Part shown: one piece after another, positions 9,331 through 19,189 of the stretch
Numbering within the stretch: position 1 is the first letter of the stretch
How the letters are laid out: each line of letters starts with the position of its first letter
Origin: Candidatus Thorarchaeota archaeon
GTDB lineage: Archaea > Asgardarchaeota > Thorarchaeia > Thorarchaeales > Thorarchaeaceae
DNA length: 64,000 bases
Reading direction: 5' to 3'
NCBI GenBank assembly: GCA_046482545.1
Contig: JAWOEX010000009.1
Location: 1 to 64,000, forward strand
Made by a program: the position numbers and the translations under genes
Notes under the pieces: generated by a model
The model's input: only the letters and a program-made list of their open reading frames with translations
What the model was told of the DNA's origin: nothing
Database searches by the model: none

Positions 9331-10245
9331 TTACCCAAGTTCTCTGATGACTTTCTCAGCAGTGAGTTCGCCGACCCGATCCTGTGCCTCATACGTGGTT
9401 GAGGCCAGATGAGGAGTTGTCACAGTTTTGGGGTGTTTGACTAGCTTCCACAAGCTAGGTGAGCTTGGTGGCTCCTCTGTATATACGTCAAGCGCAGCCC
9501 CTGCTATCAGTTCATCATCCAATGCTTGCAGTAGAGCATCCTCATCTACGATTCCCCCCCGTGCTGTGTTGATTAGAAAAGCACTCCGCTTCATGAGCTT
9601 AAGCTCCTCTTTTCCAATCATACTTTTCGTCCCGGGAACTAGTGGCACGTTGATTGTCAGGTAGTCAGCTTCACGGAGTAGTTGCTCGAACTCCACTTGC
9701 CGAGCGCCAACTTCGAGGCATTCTTCCTCTCGGCCTGATTTGTCCTTCTTTACCACAAGGACATCCATTTCGAGACCCGTACCTCGCTTCGCGATTTCCT
9801 TACCGATACGGCCGAATCCGATTATACCAAGCTTCTTTTGCCATAGTTCGACCCCTCTTAGCTTTTTCTTCAGCCATTTTTCCTGATTCATTCCCGCATC
9901 AGCTTCTGGAATGTGACGGGCAAGAGCGAACATGTGAGCAAATACCAGTTCGGCTACCGAAACACTGGGAGCTTCTGGAGTGTTGAGCACCTTTACTCCG
10001 CATTTGTCAGCATAGTCAAGGTCAATATTATCAAGGCCAACGCCTGCTCGTACAATGACCTTCAGCTGATCCGCAGCGTCAAGGACTTCCTTTGTAACCT
10101 TGGTAGCACTTCGGACAACTGCGCCATCGAAGCCTACTATCGCTTCTTCGATGGGTTTTTCCCGTATGACAACTTCAATACCGGCTTCCTTTATTTCTTC
10201 TATTGCAGATTCTGCTATAGGATCCGAAATCAATACACGCGACAC
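9331..10245 (-). CDS. D-isomer 2-hydroxyacid dehydrogenase (SerA-like)
   Basis: VRSATKV, RAGVGLDNID, GIIGFGRIG, INTARG, TPHL. Confidence 0.9.
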   Translation of the reverse strand: MSRVLISDPIAESAIEEIKEAGIEVVIREKPIEEAIVGFDGAVVRSATKVTKEVLDAADQLKVIVRAGVGLDNIDLDYADKCGVKVLNTPEAPSVSVAELVFAHMFALARHIPEADAGMNQEKWLKKKLRGVELWQKKLGIIGFGRIGKEIAKRGTGLEMDVLVVKKDKSGREEECLEVGARQVEFEQLLREADYLTINVPLVPGTKSMIGKEELKLMKRSAFLINTARGGIVDEDALLQALDDELIAGAALDVYTEEPPSSPSLWKLVKHPKTVTTPHLASTTYEAQDRVGELTAEKVIRELG

Positions 10246-10374
10246 AGCATTTCACCCTCTTTAGGCAATCATATCTTCGAAGATTTAATCGAAGATAAAA
10301 ATATGTTTGTCTCGACATTTTCATAAAGGGGAATCTACAATGAGGGAATAGAGAGTAATCTAGAGGAAGCTATC

Positions 10375-10911
10375 ATGAAAAAGAAGCTGAAACCGTATAC
10401 TGCAGTAATCCCTTGCCCTGTTGCGCTGGTAAGTGTTGCCGGTGAGGAGAAACCAAATATGCTTACTATCTCTTGGATGGCAAACGTGTGCAGCAAGCCT
10501 CCTAAGCTGGCAATTGGTGTACGCCCCTCTAGATACAGTCATCATCTGATTAAAGATGCAGGCGATTTCGTAGTTAATATTCCACCAGCTGATCTGGTTG
10601 AAGCTGCAGCTCTTGCGGGAAGCAAATCCGGCAGTGACATAGATAAGTTCGAGTATCTACGGCTTACTCCTGCTAGCTCATCAGATATTACTTCACCACG
10701 AATTGAGGAGTGCATCATCAATATTGAATGCAAGACCTCGCAGATTATCGATATCGGTTCCCATGATTTGTTCATCGCTGACGTTGTGGCTGTTCATGTA
10801 GATGAATCCATCCTCGACTCCAAGGATCGGTTAGATCCCATGAAGGCTAATACATTCGTTTATTTGCCACTAATTCAAGAATATTGGACGTTAGGAGAAC
10901 GACTCCGATAA
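10375..10911 (+). CDS. Flavin reductase family protein
   Basis: PCPVALV, SKPP, GDFVVNIP, GSHDLFI. Confidence 0.88.
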   Translation: MKKKLKPYTAVIPCPVALVSVAGEEKPNMLTISWMANVCSKPPKLAIGVRPSRYSHHLIKDAGDFVVNIPPADLVEAAALAGSKSGSDIDKFEYLRLTPASSSDITSPRIEECIINIECKTSQIIDIGSHDLFIADVVAVHVDESILDSKDRLDPMKANTFVYLPLIQEYWTLGERLR

Positions 10912-10980
10912 ACAATTTGATGTCTGTTGAGTATGTGCGCAGCAGAGACAAGAATAGGCAAGTAACAAGCACATCTCCCC

Positions 10981-12198
10981 CTATCTTCCACCTGCGCTGA
11001 CAATCTTGATCACATCTTTATCCTCAAGAACATGGTCATCAGATATTCTCATTTTTGTGCGTGCATTTACTGCGTGAACAAAATTATCTTCCAAGTCGCT
11101 GTGAATATATCCCGCGAATTCTTTTGCAGTTGTACCTTTGGGAACCAAATACGCGTCTGGTAATACATTACCGTCGCTATCTGTTAATGAGTTTACGTCC
11201 TGCACAGGATATACAGTGATGTAATTGAGGAAACTGAATACGGCTTTATTGAGGATGCCCTGCACTCCGGTACCATCGTACTTCTTCAATATCTTTTCTT
11301 TGATTTTTTCGAGCTGTTTCAATTCTCCTTTAGCCAACTTATCCGGATCTAAAACATCAAAATCATCGTCGCCAGGAATGTACTTGATTATCCCCTGTTT
11401 GTCTAAATCCTTCAGAACCTTCTCTGCTAGTGCACTCACCGGCACAACCAATTTCTCAGGATATATTTCTTTCAAGCGCTGGTAGTTATCTTGTGCGGTT
11501 GGCAAGTCCATCTTATTCGCCGCAATGATAACCGGTTTCGCTATTGTATGCAGTTTTTCAACGAACTGACAGATATCCTCGTCAGACCACTGGTCAACGT
11601 TTTCCGCCTTTAGCCCTGATTCTCGAATAGCCTTCAGAAGATGCACTCTTCCAATTTTGAGGCCTGATAATTTATCGAGGAGTAAATCACTTAGTTTGGC
11701 CCCTTCCGCCCTTACTCGCCCTACAATTCTGCGCCAGTCATCTTTTACGATTCCTAAAATCCACTCGGTGATTTCCCTGTCTAGGAACTTGACGTCATCG
11801 ACAGGGTCATAACTTCCCGCCGTTACTTCTTGACCCTTTTCATCCAAAGTGCCGCTTGCATCAATAATGTGAATGAGAACATCAGCTTGTCGCAGGTCAT
11901 CCAGAAACTGGTTTCCCATCCCTTTTCCTTCGTGTGCTCCTGGCACTAAACCCGCAACGTCTATCAGCTTGATTGGAATCAGTCGAATGCCATCAATGCA
12001 TATCGAGTTCTGGGGATTGTCCTCAACATCGAAATCCTGACAAGCACATTTCGTCCGAACATGGGTGACACCAACATTCGCTTCAATAGTGGTGAATGGA
12101 TATGAACCGACCTTGAACGATGTCATACAAGCTGCATTTGTGAAGGACGTTTTGCCGCATGAGGGCTTCCCGACGATGCCGACTTTGAATTCTGCCAC
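10981..12198 (-). CDS. ychF: YchF/Obg family NTPase with TGS domain
   Basis: [27 protein letters not shown]; GTG start refined. Confidence 0.9.
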   Translation of the reverse strand: MAEFKVGIVGKPSCGKTSFTNAACMTSFKVGSYPFTTIEANVGVTHVRTKCACQDFDVEDNPQNSICIDGIRLIPIKLIDVAGLVPGAHEGKGMGNQFLDDLRQADVLIHIIDASGTLDEKGQEVTAGSYDPVDDVKFLDREITEWILGIVKDDWRRIVGRVRAEGAKLSDLLLDKLSGLKIGRVHLLKAIRESGLKAENVDQWSDEDICQFVEKLHTIAKPVIIAANKMDLPTAQDNYQRLKEIYPEKLVVPVSALAEKVLKDLDKQGIIKYIPGDDDFDVLDPDKLAKGELKQLEKIKEKILKKYDGTGVQGILNKAVFSFLNYITVYPVQDVNSLTDSDGNVLPDAYLVPKGTTAKEFAGYIHSDLEDNFVHAVNARTKMRISDDHVLEDKDVIKIVSAGGR

Positions 12199-12375
12199 TT
12201 GAGCATATCTCCTTGTTGTTCTTTGGATGGGATGTAAGAGACTGTTCTTTGTTACGAACTGCAAGTTATGGTTTATCGGAATGTGGATATGGATTTGTTG
12301 CTTCCGATTGGTTTTTATGAGTGTTGAAAACAATAATTATGTAGAAGCATCTAACATTCTTCAAGAGGACTAAAT

Positions 12376-12789
12376 ATGAAAGTCTGTATCACTGCATCTG
12401 ACGACAACCTTCAATCACCCATTGATCCGCGGTTTGGCCGCTGTGCATATTTTATCATCGTTGATACCGACACGATGAATGCGAATGCAATCAAGAACCA
12501 AGCTGCTTCAACAACTGGCGGTGCGGGAGTCCAAGCTGCTCAGACTGTTGCATCGAGCGGCGCGGAGGTCATAATAACTGGTGGTGTTGGGCCTAATGCT
12601 CACTCTGCACTACAGAGCTCAGGAATGCAAATCCTGACCGGTGCCTCTGGTACGGTCAATGACGCAATAGAAGCTTTCAAAGCCGGCGAGTTGACTGAGA
12701 TACAATCACCAGGTCGCGCTCACAGAGGCTTGGGTGCTGGAACGCGCCGAGGCGGTGGGAGAGGCCACAGTGATGGACGAGGTAGATGA
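12376..12789 (+). CDS. NifB/NifX family protein
   Basis: DPRFGRCAYF, GGAGVQAAQ, VGPNA. Confidence 0.9.
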   Translation: MKVCITASDDNLQSPIDPRFGRCAYFIIVDTDTMNANAIKNQAASTTGGAGVQAAQTVASSGAEVIITGGVGPNAHSALQSSGMQILTGASGTVNDAIEAFKAGELTEIQSPGRAHRGLGAGTRRGGGRGHSDGRGR

Positions 12790-13160
12790 AAATGAAACGC
12801 AGAGTACTGGTTCCTTCGGAAGATGAAAATGGTAGTGTAGTTGCTATGCACTTTGGGCGAGCACCGTACTTTTCCATGTTCGACATCGATGAAGATGGTA
12901 ACATCATCAACAAAGAAGTTCATACCAATCGTGGAGAACACGCTGGCGGCAGAGGTCATGCCCACGATAATGTTCTTACTCTACAGCCAAACGTAATCAT
13001 CGTACAGGGAATGGGTCCACGAGGTCTGAGAAGCTTCCAGAGTCAGAGCATCGCAGTACTACAGGCAAACAGCAGAGATGTTAATCAAGTTGTCCAGTCT
13101 TATATCGACGGAAATCTGCAAGAGCTAACGGATGGATGTGACCAAGCACGTCACGCATAG
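12786..13160 (+). CDS. NifB/NifX family protein
   Basis: HFGRAPYF, GMGPR. Confidence 0.88.
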   Translation: MKMKRRVLVPSEDENGSVVAMHFGRAPYFSMFDIDEDGNIINKEVHTNRGEHAGGRGHAHDNVLTLQPNVIIVQGMGPRGLRSFQSQSIAVLQANSRDVNQVVQSYIDGNLQELTDGCDQARHA

Positions 13161-13197
13161 ATTGCCTACCCGGCCTGCTGACGGTGGTTGAGTAGCC

Positions 13198-14040
13198 ATG
13201 CTTGTTACAGTGGCTAGTGGGAAAGGTGGAACGGGCAAGACAACTGTGGCGGTTAATCTTGCTCTTTCAGTACAAGCATCGAAGCTTTTGGACTGTGACG
13301 TTGAAGAACCAAACGCTCATACGCTTCTTGAAACGGAAATCGAAGAATCCATGCCAGTGACATCGCCACACCCTGTAGTGGATGCCGATGCTTGCACACT
13401 ATGTGGTAAATGTGCAGATTTCTGTGAATTCAACGCTCTCTTTGTTGGTAAGGATGAAGTTCTGGTCTACGAACAAATGTGTCATTCCTGTGGTGGCTGC
13501 TCCATGGTTTGCCCGGAGCAAGCAATTACTGAGGTCCCGCGGGAAGTCGGTGTGCTTCATACATGTACAGCAGATGGATTGGATCTCGTCTATGGCGAAC
13601 TGAATATTGGTGAACCCATTGCCACTAGAGTAATCAAGGCAGTGAAATCCCATCAGAATCCTGATGGATTGAATATAGTGGATGCCCCACCGGGGACTGC
13701 ATGTCCTGTGATAGAAACGATGGAGCATAGTGACTATCTGATTCTGGTAACCGAACCAACACCCTTTGGTCTTCATGACCTAGAGATGGCTGTTAGTGTT
13801 GTTGAGAAACTGCATATACCGTTCGGTGTGGTCATCAATCGAGATGGCATCGGTAACGAGGATGTTCATGACTTCTGTGAGAAGAAATCCATACCAATCC
13901 TGCTGAGAATTCCATTTGACCGAAAAATCGCTGAAATGTATTCAGAGGGTACAGCATTCGCACTAGAACTCGATGATTGGGATACCCGCTTCAAGAGCAT
14001 GATGAAGACAATAAAGGAGGCAATAGACGATGGCCAATGA
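13198..14040 (+). CDS. MinD-like P-loop ATPase with 4Fe-4S ferredoxin insert
   Basis: SGKGGTGKT, DCDVEEPN, two CxxCxxC motifs, DAPPGTAC. Confidence 0.92.
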   Translation: MLVTVASGKGGTGKTTVAVNLALSVQASKLLDCDVEEPNAHTLLETEIEESMPVTSPHPVVDADACTLCGKCADFCEFNALFVGKDEVLVYEQMCHSCGGCSMVCPEQAITEVPREVGVLHTCTADGLDLVYGELNIGEPIATRVIKAVKSHQNPDGLNIVDAPPGTACPVIETMEHSDYLILVTEPTPFGLHDLEMAVSVVEKLHIPFGVVINRDGIGNEDVHDFCEKKSIPILLRIPFDRKIAEMYSEGTAFALELDDWDTRFKSMMKTIKEAIDDGQ

Positions 14041-14896
14041 AGTAGCAGTAATATCCGGAAAAGGAGGGTCTGGGAAAACAACTGTAACCTCATCTTTTGC
14101 AGCTATTGCAGGGGATATTGTCATCGTCGACTGCGATGTTGACGCTCCTGACCTCCATATTCTTCTGCAGCCGGAAGCGCAGGTGTCAGAGGAATTCCAA
14201 GCCTCCAAGGTAGCAGTCATAGATCCTGACCTCTGCATTGAATGTGGTCTCTGCGAGGAAAATTGCCGCTTTGATGCTGCTCATCCCCCTGAGATTGATT
14301 CTATTGCTTGCGAGGGTTGTAGCGTCTGTACTCTTGTATGTCCTGAAGACGCTATCGATATGATACCACGAATATCCGGTCATTTGTATGAATCAGACAC
14401 TCGTTTAGGTCGGATGGTTCATGCGAAATTGTTACCCGGTGAAGGAAACTCTGGGCTATTGGTCACCGAGGTAAAGAAGCGCGCCCAGAGGATAGCTGAA
14501 GAGACAGGTACCAACAAGATTCTCATTGATGGATCCCCTGGTATTGGTTGTCCAGTTATTGCTACTCTTACTGGTGTGAAAGTCGCTACTGTTGTCACTG
14601 AACCCACCATGTCCGGAATTCATGATATGGAACGCGTGGTTCGACTTATCCGGCGATTTCAGAGCATTCCTACTGTGATTGTCAACAAGTATGACTTGAA
14701 TCTCAAAAATACTGCGCGGATTGAAGCATTCTGCAAAAGCGAGGGTATCGAATTACTGGGTAAGATTCCCTTCGATTCGATAACAACAAGGTCAATGGTA
14801 GATGCAACCACATTGCCCGAATATTCTCCCCAGCATGAGCTTGTGAAACTGTTTGAGCAGATGTGGGATAGAATTAGCGTACTTCTCTCACAATGA
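14030..14896 (+). CDS. MinD-like P-loop ATPase with 4Fe-4S ferredoxin insert
   Basis: SGKGGSGKT, DCDVDAPDL, CxxCxxC motifs, DGSPGIGC. Confidence 0.92.
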   Translation: MANEVAVISGKGGSGKTTVTSSFAAIAGDIVIVDCDVDAPDLHILLQPEAQVSEEFQASKVAVIDPDLCIECGLCEENCRFDAAHPPEIDSIACEGCSVCTLVCPEDAIDMIPRISGHLYESDTRLGRMVHAKLLPGEGNSGLLVTEVKKRAQRIAEETGTNKILIDGSPGIGCPVIATLTGVKVATVVTEPTMSGIHDMERVVRLIRRFQSIPTVIVNKYDLNLKNTARIEAFCKSEGIELLGKIPFDSITTRSMVDATTLPEYSPQHELVKLFEQMWDRISVLLSQ

Positions 14897-14947
14897 AATT
14901 TAAACAGAAATAGTAGTGCACATGGGGGGCGCTGCCCCGCCACCTGA

Positions 14948-15265
14948 TTAATCTTCTAGCTCTCCGAGCCTCTCTTCAATCCTATTTAGAGTCTCTTCCA
15001 GTGATTTGATTTGCTGTTCCATGACTTCTTTCTGCCGCTCTAATGCCTGTAATTCTGTCTGTGCAGGCATAGGAACAGAGGGTGCTACTCCCGTGGTTCC
15101 TGTTGGAGAAGTACCCCAATAACCAAGGGCCCAGCATGATCCAGGTCCATATAACCATCCGGGTCTTTCCCATGGCGGTAAGTGACTAAAGGGACCATTC
15201 CCTGGCCAAAGACTTCCGCCCCGGCCTCGACCCCAGCCACCACCTCTTCCGTAATAATACGCCAT
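14948..15265 (-). CDS. DUF5320-like Gly-rich/coiled-coil protein
   Basis: GRGGGWGRG, PPWERPGW, C-terminal coiled coil; typical NifX-cluster neighbour. Confidence 0.7.
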   Translation of the reverse strand: MAYYYGRGGGWGRGRGGSLWPGNGPFSHLPPWERPGWLYGPGSCWALGYWGTSPTGTTGVAPSVPMPAQTELQALERQKEVMEQQIKSLEETLNRIEERLGELED

Positions 15266-15393
15266 TCATTTCATCTCCTGTGTTATTTTGTGCTTATGCA
15301 CACTGTTATTATTGTGCATAATTACAGATAAAAATCTGTTGTTCACATACATTATTCTTATTAAAATAGAACTAAGAATTGGATTTGATTGAT

Positions 15394-15702
15394 ATGCACA
15401 GGAGAAGACGTGGCCGAAGAGGAAGACTCCCAATTCAGCCTGACATCAAGATAGAACCAGCAATAGACCGGATGGTACCAGAACCCAGAGGCGCGGGTGA
15501 ACCTGTCCATCTCAACTTGGCTGAAGCGGAAGCCTTGCGACTAGTGGACTTAGAAGGAAAATATCAGGAAGAAGCAGGAGCCAGTATGGGAGTCTCTAGA
15601 GGGACTATATGGCGTCTTCTTTCCAGTGCCCGACAGAAAGTCACACAGGCTATCTTTGAAGGACGCCCACTTGTCATCGGTTTACCAGATGAAGAACCAT
15701 GA
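15394..15702 (+). CDS. DUF134 HTH regulator
   Basis: EAEALRLVDLEG.YQEEAG..MGVSRGTIWRLL.SARQKV. Confidence 0.9.
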   Translation: MHRRRRGRRGRLPIQPDIKIEPAIDRMVPEPRGAGEPVHLNLAEAEALRLVDLEGKYQEEAGASMGVSRGTIWRLLSSARQKVTQAIFEGRPLVIGLPDEEP

Positions 15703-15872
15703 TATTCATGAGGCGCGTCTTCTAGAAGTGTCGTCCGATTGTTAAGACATCATTGGTTGAAGATTACGTTTCCTCCACCACGATTCATGACCATTTTGAA
15801 TCCTTTAGATTTTCAAGACAGAAATATTCTTAGAAGGCTGCTGCAGCTATTCTAGGAATCCATCCTTATACT

Positions 15873-16346
15873 ATGCTGTCTTATATACCATTGATTCACC
15901 TTTCCTATTTAGAGTGGATGTACATGCAGTCGTCGGTATCAGCACAAACAGAGACGCTTGCTAATCATATTCTGGTACGACACCCTGCTTTTCCCCGGCG
16001 ATGGAATTCTGTCAATAAACCGCATGTTGCAATTCTAGCTAGGGATCCAGTGAATAGCGGTTTCATTCGCTATTACCTCTCGAGAAACTGCTTTGATTCC
16101 ACCTCCGGCGAGCCAGTTCTAGAGGTAGCAGATATTGACACCTTCGAAGAAGGAACACTCCTCGAAGTGCGCTTTGACGCTAGAACTGCGAATCTCTACC
16201 GATTGGAGCTGATTGATGGCGCTCCCTGTTGGTGGTGGATTGGCCGTTGCCGCGGCCTGCCCGATTTTGAATATCCTAGAAATATCGATTGGTTGGATAA
16301 ACTTCCCAGAGACGAAATTTCAGAACCCCAAGTTGCGGGCCTCTAG
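15873..16346 (+). CDS. Hypothetical protein
   Basis: 157-codon ORF, no family recognised; start may be near 15924. Confidence 0.5.
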   Translation: MLSYIPLIHLSYLEWMYMQSSVSAQTETLANHILVRHPAFPRRWNSVNKPHVAILARDPVNSGFIRYYLSRNCFDSTSGEPVLEVADIDTFEEGTLLEVRFDARTANLYRLELIDGAPCWWWIGRCRGLPDFEYPRNIDWLDKLPRDEISEPQVAGL

Positions 16347-16603
16347 GATACTATCATTATCTGGCAATCTATCGACGGATATTGAGACGGGATGAGTGTA
16401 TCCGCTCTTCTTCTAACTACATAAAAGATGAACATAGATATAGCAGAGAGTGAAAACTTGGTCAAAGAATAGGTGAATTACTGGAAATCGTTGTAGCCAA
16501 GATTCTCACTTCATTGATTTCAATAAGAAGGGAAGTACGTATAGTAGTGACGCAATAATTATTGAAACTATTGAGGAATAAATAAAATACACAAATGAAC
16601 ATG

Positions 16604-16713
16604 TGGTAGCGGGTGGACGATTTGAACGTCCGATTTCGGGGTGTCCCATGCGCGACTCATGTGGTCTACGCCATATGAGCCCCGCGGGATAGGCCAGGCT
16701 TCCCCAACCCGCT
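16604..16713 (-). tRNA. tRNA-Met(CAT), initiator type, with 31-nt intron at 37/38 (16643-16673)
   Basis: A1-U72, G-C rich anticodon stem, BHB central helix CUCA/UGGG, encoded CCA. Confidence 0.92.
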
Positions 16714-16905
16714 GTACTGGTATTTTTGATTGCTCAGTATTGATTTAAGGGTTTTCGTAGACCACTAATTGAAGGCATCGGCTTAATCATAGATATCTCT
16801 TAATCGATGCCTTTTTGCCCCTTTTCGAATACGTGTGGTTCAAAAAGCTTAGACCTGACTAATCTCTGTGGACTCCCTGCATCGGATAAAACTCTGGGTT
16901 AGAAT

Positions 16906-17163
16906 ATGATTCCTGAATTGTCTATACTCGCGGCAGTGTTTATAGTCTGGATGTTGAGTTTAGTCTACGGAATGGTCGCAAGTGATGAGATTTCTCTGAC
17001 CATAGCTACTCTCCCCTTCATTTTGTCTCTTCCGATCAGTCTGATATGTGCCGCCTCGCTTGAGGTCATAATACCGGGCATTTTTTTCGCAGATTTCGTC
17101 TTGGCTGCAGTAGTTGCAGTCCTATTTTCGGTTCGGTGGATAATGGCAATAATAGGAGAATAG
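16906..17163 (+). CDS. Small membrane protein
   Basis: Three hydrophobic segments. Confidence 0.55.
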   Translation: MIPELSILAAVFIVWMLSLVYGMVASDEISLTIATLPFILSLPISLICAASLEVIIPGIFFADFVLAAVVAVLFSVRWIMAIIGE

Positions 17164-17240
17164 TCATTCAAAACTAGCAATTGAAATAGAACTGAAGTAG
17201 AAGTGCATTGGTCTTTCAGAAAGAGGGAAAGTTAGCGAAA

Positions 17241-17402
17241 TCAGCCCTTCTTGTCTCGCTTGAATTCAGTGTATCCGCAGCGCCCACAGGAATACCTGTC
17301 ATAGTGCTCAGCCATGAACGTGCCTTTCTCACAACGAGGGCAAGTTCTCTTGTCCCGATCAACATTGCCATCGGCATCTACCTTGTAGTAATCCTGAGCC
17401 AT
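17241..17402 (-). CDS. rps27ae: 30S ribosomal protein S27ae (not in ORF track)
   Basis: [30 protein letters not shown]; follows rps24e. Confidence 0.95.
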   Translation of the reverse strand: MAQDYYKVDADGNVDRDKRTCPRCEKGTFMAEHYDRYSCGRCGYTEFKRDKKG

Positions 17403-17405
17403 TTT

Positions 17406-17693
17406 CTATTCCTCCTCTGCCCCATGTCGCTTGAGCACATAATCAAGTTCAACTCTTCTCATCTGATCCGGGTCTGAGTATATTCTGGCTATTCCGTCAG
17501 TGATTCCGACTCCAAATCTGGTCTTTATTTTGGAAATAACAACGTTTTCTGGGTCAGCATCATAGTGCGCTACAACCTTAGAATGCACATCAGCTCTACT
17601 TGGTGTGGTATCACCAATATGCTCTATCCGAAAGTTGACCTCTCTTCTCGCGAGCGGTTTGTTCTCTTTTTCTTGTACTATTTCTACTTTCAT
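17406..17693 (-). CDS. rps24e: 30S ribosomal protein S24e
   Basis: ENKPLARREV, TPSR, TRFGVG..ARIY. Confidence 0.93.
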   Translation of the reverse strand: MKVEIVQEKENKPLARREVNFRIEHIGDTTPSRADVHSKVVAHYDADPENVVISKIKTRFGVGITDGIARIYSDPDQMRRVELDYVLKRHGAEEE

Positions 17694-17791
17694 TGCTATC
17701 ACATTGGATTTTTCGGACGGCACACTTAGTGAGTTGACAGCCCGACCTTTGATTTTCTAATAAAGTTTTCACCGTATACAACACTAAAGAT

Positions 17792-18004
17792 CTATCGCAC
17801 CTTAAGAGCGTACTTCCCGGGATTCTCGATGTTTAGCCTCTTGGCTACATATGATGACTCTCGAGGGTCATCATTGGGATCCTTGGGTGGCAACACGATG
17901 ACGATACCTGTATACGATGTTGTGAGATTGGTACTCTTGCAATTGGGGCATTGATTTTCCGTCGTTAGACGGTGACAATCTCTACATGCTTTTAGATTGG
18001 CCAT
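17792..18004 (-). CDS. spt4: Transcription elongation factor Spt4 (RpoE'')
   Basis: KACRDC..CPNC..PGKYALKVR. Confidence 0.93.
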   Translation of the reverse strand: MANLKACRDCHRLTTENQCPNCKSTNLTTSYTGIVIVLPPKDPNDDPRESSYVAKRLNIENPGKYALKVR

Positions 18005-18007
18005 GCT

Positions 18008-18610
18008 TTATTCCTCACCATCTTCGTCTTCTTCGTCCTCGCCATGGGCTGCTTTCAAATCCAGCTCTATCCATGATATATCTGGCCCTATCTTTCCAAG
18101 AAACGGTTGCCGCATGGTGAGACCGAGTTTCCCTGACCTGTTTCCTGATTCGAAACTAATCGAGGTAATGCGGGCACGAACTTGGTCTCCCTCGGATAAT
18201 CTTCTGCCACTTTCTTTCCCCATGAGAGAATTGCTTTTCGGATCTTGAGTAATGAAATCATCACAGATTTGGCTGACATGGCAAAGCCCATCAAGCGGAC
18301 CGATTCGTACGAATGCCCCAAAATCCATCAATTCGACTACATTTCCTTCCACGACTTCTCCGCGCATTGGCTTGAATGCAAGTACACGGTATTGCACTGT
18401 GTGATAGGTAGCACCGTCACCTGGAATTAGACGCCCTTCTCCAATCTTATCAACTCCAATGACTGCAATCATAAGCCCGATATCACGATCTAGTACATTC
18501 TCGTGGTTCTTGCGCAAGTGAATCATTGCTGCCTCTTCAATTGTTGTTCCAAATTGAGAAGGTGGTATTCTGACTGTGTCCTTGACTTTGACGACGCTAT
18601 ACATATACAA
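18008..18610 (-). CDS. rpoE1: RNA polymerase subunit E' (Rpo7)
   Basis: VRIPP, PGDGA, GEVVEG, GPLDGLCHVSQI, LTMRQPFLG. Confidence 0.95.
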   Translation of the reverse strand: MYMYSVVKVKDTVRIPPSQFGTTIEEAAMIHLRKNHENVLDRDIGLMIAVIGVDKIGEGRLIPGDGATYHTVQYRVLAFKPMRGEVVEGNVVELMDFGAFVRIGPLDGLCHVSQICDDFITQDPKSNSLMGKESGRRLSEGDQVRARITSISFESGNRSGKLGLTMRQPFLGKIGPDISWIELDLKAAHGEDEEDEDGEE

Positions 18611-18739
18611 AAGCTCCTTTGTTTGGGGATAGTAGTCTCAGAATGCTCAGACGTTTCAGGGATTTTTCTGACAGTCTGACTTGACGGCTCAGCCGAGCAA
18701 CACTTTGGTACGCATAAAAACGTTATGAAACTGTCTAAA

Positions 18740-19147
18740 TCAATCAATCAAACCCTCAACAATAACTCTTTTTCTCCCACGCAGGATAAGAAGAGGAATT
18801 TCGAACTTGCGCGCCTTGGCACGAAGCTCCTTGTCATTAGTTGCAATAACACCGCTTACTTTCTTGGCATACTCAAGCACTTGGTCATCAACCGGTATAC
18901 CTGCCAATTCATCCTTTACTTCGACCACTCTACACCGTTTCATAAGTTCAGTTGTTACCCTTAACAGTCTCTTTTCCTTACTTCCAGTAGCTTTGGAGAC
19001 TTTCCTTTCAACTTCTGCAACAACCGAATCGAGAACTATGAATTCGGTTTTACGATCGACGGCCTCGTCAGCCTGAGTGAAGATATCAATTCCAAACTGC
19101 GCAGGAAGCATTAGAAAGTTGGTATCAACGATTACAGGAAGAGACAT
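18740..19147 (-). CDS. PIN-domain rRNA processing protein (Fcf1/Utp24-like)
   Basis: VDTNFL, VDD, ATNDKEL; aIF2g-rpoE context. Confidence 0.85.
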   Translation of the reverse strand: MSLPVIVDTNFLMLPAQFGIDIFTQADEAVDRKTEFIVLDSVVAEVERKVSKATGSKEKRLLRVTTELMKRCRVVEVKDELAGIPVDDQVLEYAKKVSGVIATNDKELRAKARKFEIPLLILRGRKRVIVEGLID

Positions 19148-19189
19148 TATACCATCATGCCCTTGGTATTTGGATACCCATTCTGCCAG

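Noticed and set aside
16772-16813. AAGGCATCG/CGATGCCTT inverted repeat
   Set aside because: Isolated short repeat with no assignable function
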